Positions 28,381 to 32,431 of a stretch of DNA of 32,431 nucleotides are shown one piece after another. Origin of the DNA: Vulcanimicrobiota bacterium (GTDB lineage Bacteria; Vulcanimicrobiota; Vulcanimicrobiia; Vulcanimicrobiales; Vulcanimicrobiaceae). The position numbers and the translations under genes are program-made. A model generated the notes under the pieces. That model saw nothing but the letters and a program-made list of their open reading frames with translations. It was not told where the DNA came from and did no database searches. The DNA is taken from the NCBI GenBank assembly GCA_963786105.1, contig CAWAXX010000004.1, forward strand, positions 1-32,431, read 5' to 3'. Numbering within the stretch: the first letter of the stretch is position 1; each line of letters begins with the position of its first letter.

Positions 28381-29663
28381 GAGGGCGACGGCGACGGGAG
28401 CGGCTTCACGCGACGGCCGTCGGTCAAGCCCGGCACTTTCGCCGCGACGATCGAATCGCCCGGCGCAAGTCCCGACGTCACCCAGGTTTGCGTGTCGGCT
28501 ACTCTCCCGACACGGACGAGCCGCTTGCGCGCGATCCCGTCGTTGACGACGAAAACGTACGCCTTGGAGCCGGTTTTGGTCACCGCATCGTTGGGCACGA
28601 CGACCGCATTCGGCACGTACGTCGTCAGAATGTCGACATCGGCGGTCATTCCGTCTTTGAGGTAATTCGGCGACGAATCGAGCGCGATCGTCGTCAGCAC
28701 TTGCTTGGCCGTGCTGGTGGCGTCGGTCGATTTGGTCGCGACCGGAGCCACGTGCGCGACGTGACCCGGAATGATTTTGCCGGGGAAGTCCTGTCCGCTG
28801 ACGTTGGCGCGCTGACCCAGCCGGACGTTGATGACGTCCTGCTCGTCGACCTGCGCTTTCACGATGTAGCCGCCTTCCGCCGCGATCGTGAACATCGCTT
28901 GCCCTTCGGTCACCGCATCACCGCTTTGCAGCGCGCGCAATGGATCACTGGGTTGGGTCGCGACCGTTTGAATCGTCCCGCTGAATGGCGCGACGATCCG
29001 AGTAAACGCCAACTGTTGTTGATTTTGAGCGTTGATGATCTGCGACTTGCGAGCGGTAGCTTCGGCATATTGAACGCTGTTGCCGTTGAAGCCGGAAACC
29101 GCGCCCAGCCTGGCTTGCTCCAGGGATTGATTGTAAGCGACCTGGGCCTGCTCGAGTTTGGAGCGGTCCTGATCGAGCTGGTTTCGCGGGATCGCCTTGT
29201 TGTCGTAGAGCGTAACGTCGGCGTCGTACACGCGCCGGGCTTCTTCGAGCGCGGACTTGTTCGTGTCGACGGAGGCCTGATAACCGACGCGGGCGTTTTC
29301 TTCTTGAACGCGCGCCGCCGAAACGTTGGCTGACGCCGAGCTGGAGTCGGCCTGCGAACCTGCCGCGTTGTACGAAAGCGTCGGGTTGTCGATGGTGGCG
29401 AGCAGTTGTCCCGCGCTCACGCGGTCGCCGGCTTTCGCGTACATTAACCCGATATTGCCGGCCACCAGCGTCGGGATAGTTGCGGCCAGCGGACGCATGA
29501 CGACGCCGTTTTCCGGAAGCTTGACGGTGAACGTGGTGAGGGCGACGCGTTGCATTTTGACCGGCAACGCCTCGCCGCGCCCGCGATTCGACGCGAAGAG
29601 CGCGATGCCGACGATCAGCACCACGGCGGCGACGAGGATGATGAGGTTGCGAGTTCTGTGCAT
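28377..29663 (-). CDS. Membrane fusion protein / periplasmic adaptor (MacA/HlyD family)
   Basis: N-terminal TM, GDRVSAGQLL lipoyl half-motif, coiled coil, IVAPFSGTI, VDEQDV, GMTADV. Confidence 0.92.
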   Translation of the reverse strand: MHRTRNLIILVAAVVLIVGIALFASNRGRGEALPVKMQRVALTTFTVKLPENGVVMRPLAATIPTLVAGNIGLMYAKAGDRVSAGQLLATIDNPTLSYNAAGSQADSSSASANVSAARVQEENARVGYQASVDTNKSALEEARRVYDADVTLYDNKAIPRNQLDQDRSKLEQAQVAYNQSLEQARLGAVSGFNGNSVQYAEATARKSQIINAQNQQQLAFTRIVAPFSGTIQTVATQPSDPLRALQSGDAVTEGQAMFTIAAEGGYIVKAQVDEQDVINVRLGQRANVSGQDFPGKIIPGHVAHVAPVATKSTDATSTAKQVLTTIALDSSPNYLKDGMTADVDILTTYVPNAVVVPNDAVTKTGSKAYVFVVNDGIARKRLVRVGRVADTQTWVTSGLAPGDSIVAAKVPGLTDGRRVKPLPSPSPS

Positions 29664-29665
29664 CT

Positions 29666-31093
29666 TCAGCGGTTCCCTAAATCGGCGACGGCGCTGCGGG
29701 CATCGTACGTGCCCAGCGACACGCGGAGCTTTACGACGGCATCGACGTAGTTGACCCGGGCCGCGACGGCGTCGTTGACGGCTTGCTGGGCCGCCTGCTG
29801 CGCTTGCAGAACGTCGTAGATGGTCTTGACGCCGGCCTTGTATTGAAGCTGCGCGATGCGCGCCGCTTCTACGCCGTAGGCGGCTTCTTGGTTCGCCCAG
29901 ACGACTTGCGCCTTGGCGGTTTCGGCGGCGCGATAGCTTTCGCGAACGTCGAGTTCGCTCTGCAGCCGCGTGGATGCGAAGGTGCTTTCCGCCGACGCCA
30001 GCTGAGCGTCGTCGTTAACGCGTTCGCTGTGCCGAGCGTTGTAGTCGACCAGCGGAAGCGTGAACGTCGAGACGGCCTGCAGCGACCAGAAGCCGAACGA
30101 ACCGCGCGGCACGACCGGACACGGCAGCGGGATGGCGCCGGCGAGGCATTCCTGATCGATTTGCTGTTGGCTTATCACCGAACTGGTTGGCGAGTACTGG
30201 TTGCCGATGGCCGCAGAGATGGCGACTTGGGGGTAGAGCTCGACGTTCCATCCGCGGCGAGTGTAGCGGGCAGCCAGCACGGCTTCGTGCGCCGCTCCGA
30301 CGTCGGGACGATTGGCTTCGGCAATGGTCACGAGCGTATCGACCGTCCCCTGCGGCACGGGCGGCTGCGGCACCGACGTCGGGGTCGCGAACGGCGTGAG
30401 AATCGGTGCGCCGATCTGCTGCGCGAGCGACTCGTTGGCATCTTGAACCGAGGCGCGGTCGGCGACCAACGACGACTCGCTCTTGGCGGCCGACGTTTTT
30501 GCCTGGAGTACGTCGACGCCGGCGGCCACGCCGGCTCGCTCTTTGACTTTGGCGACGTCGACCAGATCGTTCTGATACTTGAGCGTAAGCTGATCGACGA
30601 GCACGATTGCCTGGCGTTGAACGATGGCGAAGAACGACGTGGTCACGCTGGTGGCGATCTGGTCTTCGGTGTTGGCGAGCGTGTTGGCGGCTTGCTCTTC
30701 CTGCGCGCGCGCTGCCGCAAGCGCGAGAAACGAGAACCCGCCCGTCGTCAGGTTCCAGTTGCTTATGCCCACTTGGGCGGTGTTCTGACTGGTGACGTTT
30801 TGCTGGGCGACGCCGAGTGCGGCGAAGGCGCCCTGGTAGTTGGCGCTTTTTGCAAGGAAACTTTGCAGGGTACCGTTGACGGTCGGATACGCGACGCCGC
30901 GTTGAAGCGCGAGGGCGTGCTGCGCCTGCGTCACCGACGCGCGTTGCGCTACGACCGTCGCGTTGTGATCCAGCGCGTAAGCCACCGCGTCGGGCAGCGT
31001 CATCGGCGCGGGCAGCAACGCCGCAGCTGCGGCCAGTGCCGGAGCGCCGGTGCCGATTGCCGCGACCGCGGCTGCGATGGTCCAGCGAAGCAT
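29666..31093 (-). CDS. TolC-family outer membrane efflux protein
   Basis: Signal peptide, MTLPDAVAYALDHN, AGVAAGVDVLQA and QYKAGVKTIYDVLQAQ repeats. Start is ATG 31093 or TTG 31126. Confidence 0.88.
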   Translation of the reverse strand: MLRWTIAAAVAAIGTGAPALAAAAALLPAPMTLPDAVAYALDHNATVVAQRASVTQAQHALALQRGVAYPTVNGTLQSFLAKSANYQGAFAALGVAQQNVTSQNTAQVGISNWNLTTGGFSFLALAAARAQEEQAANTLANTEDQIATSVTTSFFAIVQRQAIVLVDQLTLKYQNDLVDVAKVKERAGVAAGVDVLQAKTSAAKSESSLVADRASVQDANESLAQQIGAPILTPFATPTSVPQPPVPQGTVDTLVTIAEANRPDVGAAHEAVLAARYTRRGWNVELYPQVAISAAIGNQYSPTSSVISQQQIDQECLAGAIPLPCPVVPRGSFGFWSLQAVSTFTLPLVDYNARHSERVNDDAQLASAESTFASTRLQSELDVRESYRAAETAKAQVVWANQEAAYGVEAARIAQLQYKAGVKTIYDVLQAQQAAQQAVNDAVAARVNYVDAVVKLRVSLGTYDARSAVADLGNR

Positions 31094-31112
31094 CGGTCCG
31101 AGCTTCCGAAGC

Positions 31113-31841
31113 CTAACGCGCCGCAAATCCGATGAGCCCGGCCGCCACCAGCAGCCAAACGATGCCGGTCGCCCAGGCCCACGCGCGATCGAGTCGCGCG
31201 ACCACGACCATGGCGGCGACCGTCAACCCGCAGCCCCACAGCGTGAACGGATTGAACGCCGAGGCGAAGGCGTGCAGCTTGATCGCCGTGCTGGGCACGA
31301 GCAGCCCGAGCGACGGCATCGCCGTTTGAAGTTCGGAAGCGGAGTTGAAGCTATCCGAACCTCGCAACATGACGATCACGGCTGTCACGAGCGCGTTGAT
31401 GCCGATGACGGGAACTTGGATGTTTACCGCCGAGGCCCACAAGGCGCCAATCGACGCGTCGCCCCTCCCCGCCGACTTGAAAATCAGCATGACGATGGCG
31501 TGCACGAGGATCGCAAGGAGTGCGACGACAGGTGCGAAGAGCCACGCTAGTTGCACGATCTTCTGCGTGAATGCCAACGCCTGCTGTTGCTGCTCTGGGG
31601 TCATTTGCGCGAGCCCTTGATTGGCGGCAACTTGTCGCGGCCAATCCGCCGAGGTGGCATGCATCAACGCCGGCGTCATGAGGTAGCTCGCTGCGCTGTA
31701 GAGCACGATAACGAGGAGCAGCGCCCAGCCCCACGTCGGCGCAGCGCGCAGCTGCTCGAACGCCTCTTTCGGGGCGATGATCGTGTCGAGGGCGGTCTTT
31801 AGCCCGTTGGCTTTGGGCGTCCCGGCTGCGTCGAATCCCAT
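31113..31841 (-). CDS. Yip1-domain membrane protein (YknW-like)
   Basis: IIAPKEAFEQLRAAPTWG, about 5 TM segments, FNPFTLW. GAGGA RBS before ATG 31841. Confidence 0.8.
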   Translation of the reverse strand: MGFDAAGTPKANGLKTALDTIIAPKEAFEQLRAAPTWGWALLLVIVLYSAASYLMTPALMHATSADWPRQVAANQGLAQMTPEQQQQALAFTQKIVQLAWLFAPVVALLAILVHAIVMLIFKSAGRGDASIGALWASAVNIQVPVIGINALVTAVIVMLRGSDSFNSASELQTAMPSLGLLVPSTAIKLHAFASAFNPFTLWGCGLTVAAMVVVARLDRAWAWATGIVWLLVAAGLIGFAAR

Positions 31842-32191
31842 CCACAATCCTCGCTTTCGAATGGAAGCGCGCCACGGAGGTTGGTAGCGCGCGTAGCGCC
31901 GGATTGTTTCACTGCGGGAGCAGGCGAGCCTGTCGGACGCAACTCCGGCGGCAGGCGCCGCAGAATTGCTTCGCGCACGCACTCGAGCCGTTGGTCCCGC
32001 AGTTGCAGTAACCGCATCTGGATGAGCAAGCGTGCGCGGCGCATCGCCCGGGGCGAAAACAACTCGTCCGGTAGCGACGTCGCTGCGGCGGACGGCCGCG
32101 GCGCAGGGGTGCCCTTCCCAAGGGGCTGCGCTGCCGCAACGGTGAAGACCGCGAGCGGGAGCATTGCAAGGAACATCCGCATGATCGACAT
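31799..32191 (-). CDS. Hypothetical secreted protein
   Basis: Signal-like [19 protein letters not shown], Pro-rich linker and helical segment. Start uncertain (32191/32182/32176); overlaps the Yip1 start. Confidence 0.5.
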   Translation of the reverse strand: MSIMRMFLAMLPLAVFTVAAAQPLGKGTPAPRPSAAATSLPDELFSPRAMRRARLLIQMRLLQLRDQRLECVREAILRRLPPELRPTGSPAPAVKQSGATRATNLRGALPFESEDCGWDSTQPGRPKPTG

Positions 32192-32248
32192 CTCGCATCT
32201 CACTCACGCCCTTGCGGCGGGGAGCTAGGAACCGGCAAGGTTGAAGGC

Positions 32249-32431
32249 TTGAATCCGGATACGTTAGTCGTCCCCGCGCCCCCCGCCGTGCCTTACGTAC
32301 GGGTTATTCCGCTTGGCGGCTGCGGCGAGATCGGTCGCAATATGACGATCGTCGAGACCAACGACGACCTGGTGATCGTCGACTGCGGCCTCATGTTTCC
32401 CGACGATGAAATGTACGGCGTCGACGTCGTG
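32249..32431 (+). CDS. rnj: Ribonuclease J, 5' end (runs off the window)
   Basis: My translation from TTG 32249: ...[45 protein letters not shown], the RNase J N-terminal motif. Confidence 0.9.
   Translation, partial: MNPDTLVVPAPPAVPYVRVIPLGGCGEIGRNMTIVETNDDLVIVDCGLMFPDDEMYGVDVV

Noticed and set aside
29783..31135. 450-aa plus-strand ORF and similar long ORFs (10482..11822, 13309..14457, 7009..8085, 28488..29333)
   Set aside because: Antisense or alternative-frame shadows of well-supported genes in high-GC DNA, with no recognisable motifs.

Overview
GC-rich, gene-dense bacterial chromosomal segment made mostly of core metabolism and stress genes. Gene content, a short monoderm-type DnaK and a TolC suggest a diderm Terrabacteria lineage such as Eremiobacterota/Vulcanimicrobiota (inference only). 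In order: lipA-lipB-lpdA (minus), divergent from a MocR-family regulator plus PadR; a predicted di-haem cytochrome-b-like membrane protein and a secreted beta-rich protein, divergent from an orphan RND pump; mutY, an MFS transporter, a cysteine dioxygenase and nth; a hypothetical protein; a phosphoesterase lipoprotein; an acyl-CoA dehydrogenase with 3-oxoacid CoA-transferase A/B; a small secreted protein; an ABC exporter with a 1-nt frameshift; a VOC protein; dnaK-grpE-dnaJ; an HtrA protease; a Yip1-TolC-MFP-two-permease-ATPase (YknWXYZ/MacAB-TolC-like) operon; and the 5' end of RNase J. No rRNA, tRNA, CRISPR array, transposase or integrase was seen. Non-coding signals are a REP-like GGATGACA repeat family (including a 3x28-nt tandem block), hairpins masking the lpdA and lipB translation starts, and an ATTACT-N9-AGTAAT palindrome upstream of the RND gene. 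The best candidate for an undescribed system is the PadR / cytochrome b / secreted protein / RND module, which remains a hypothesis.
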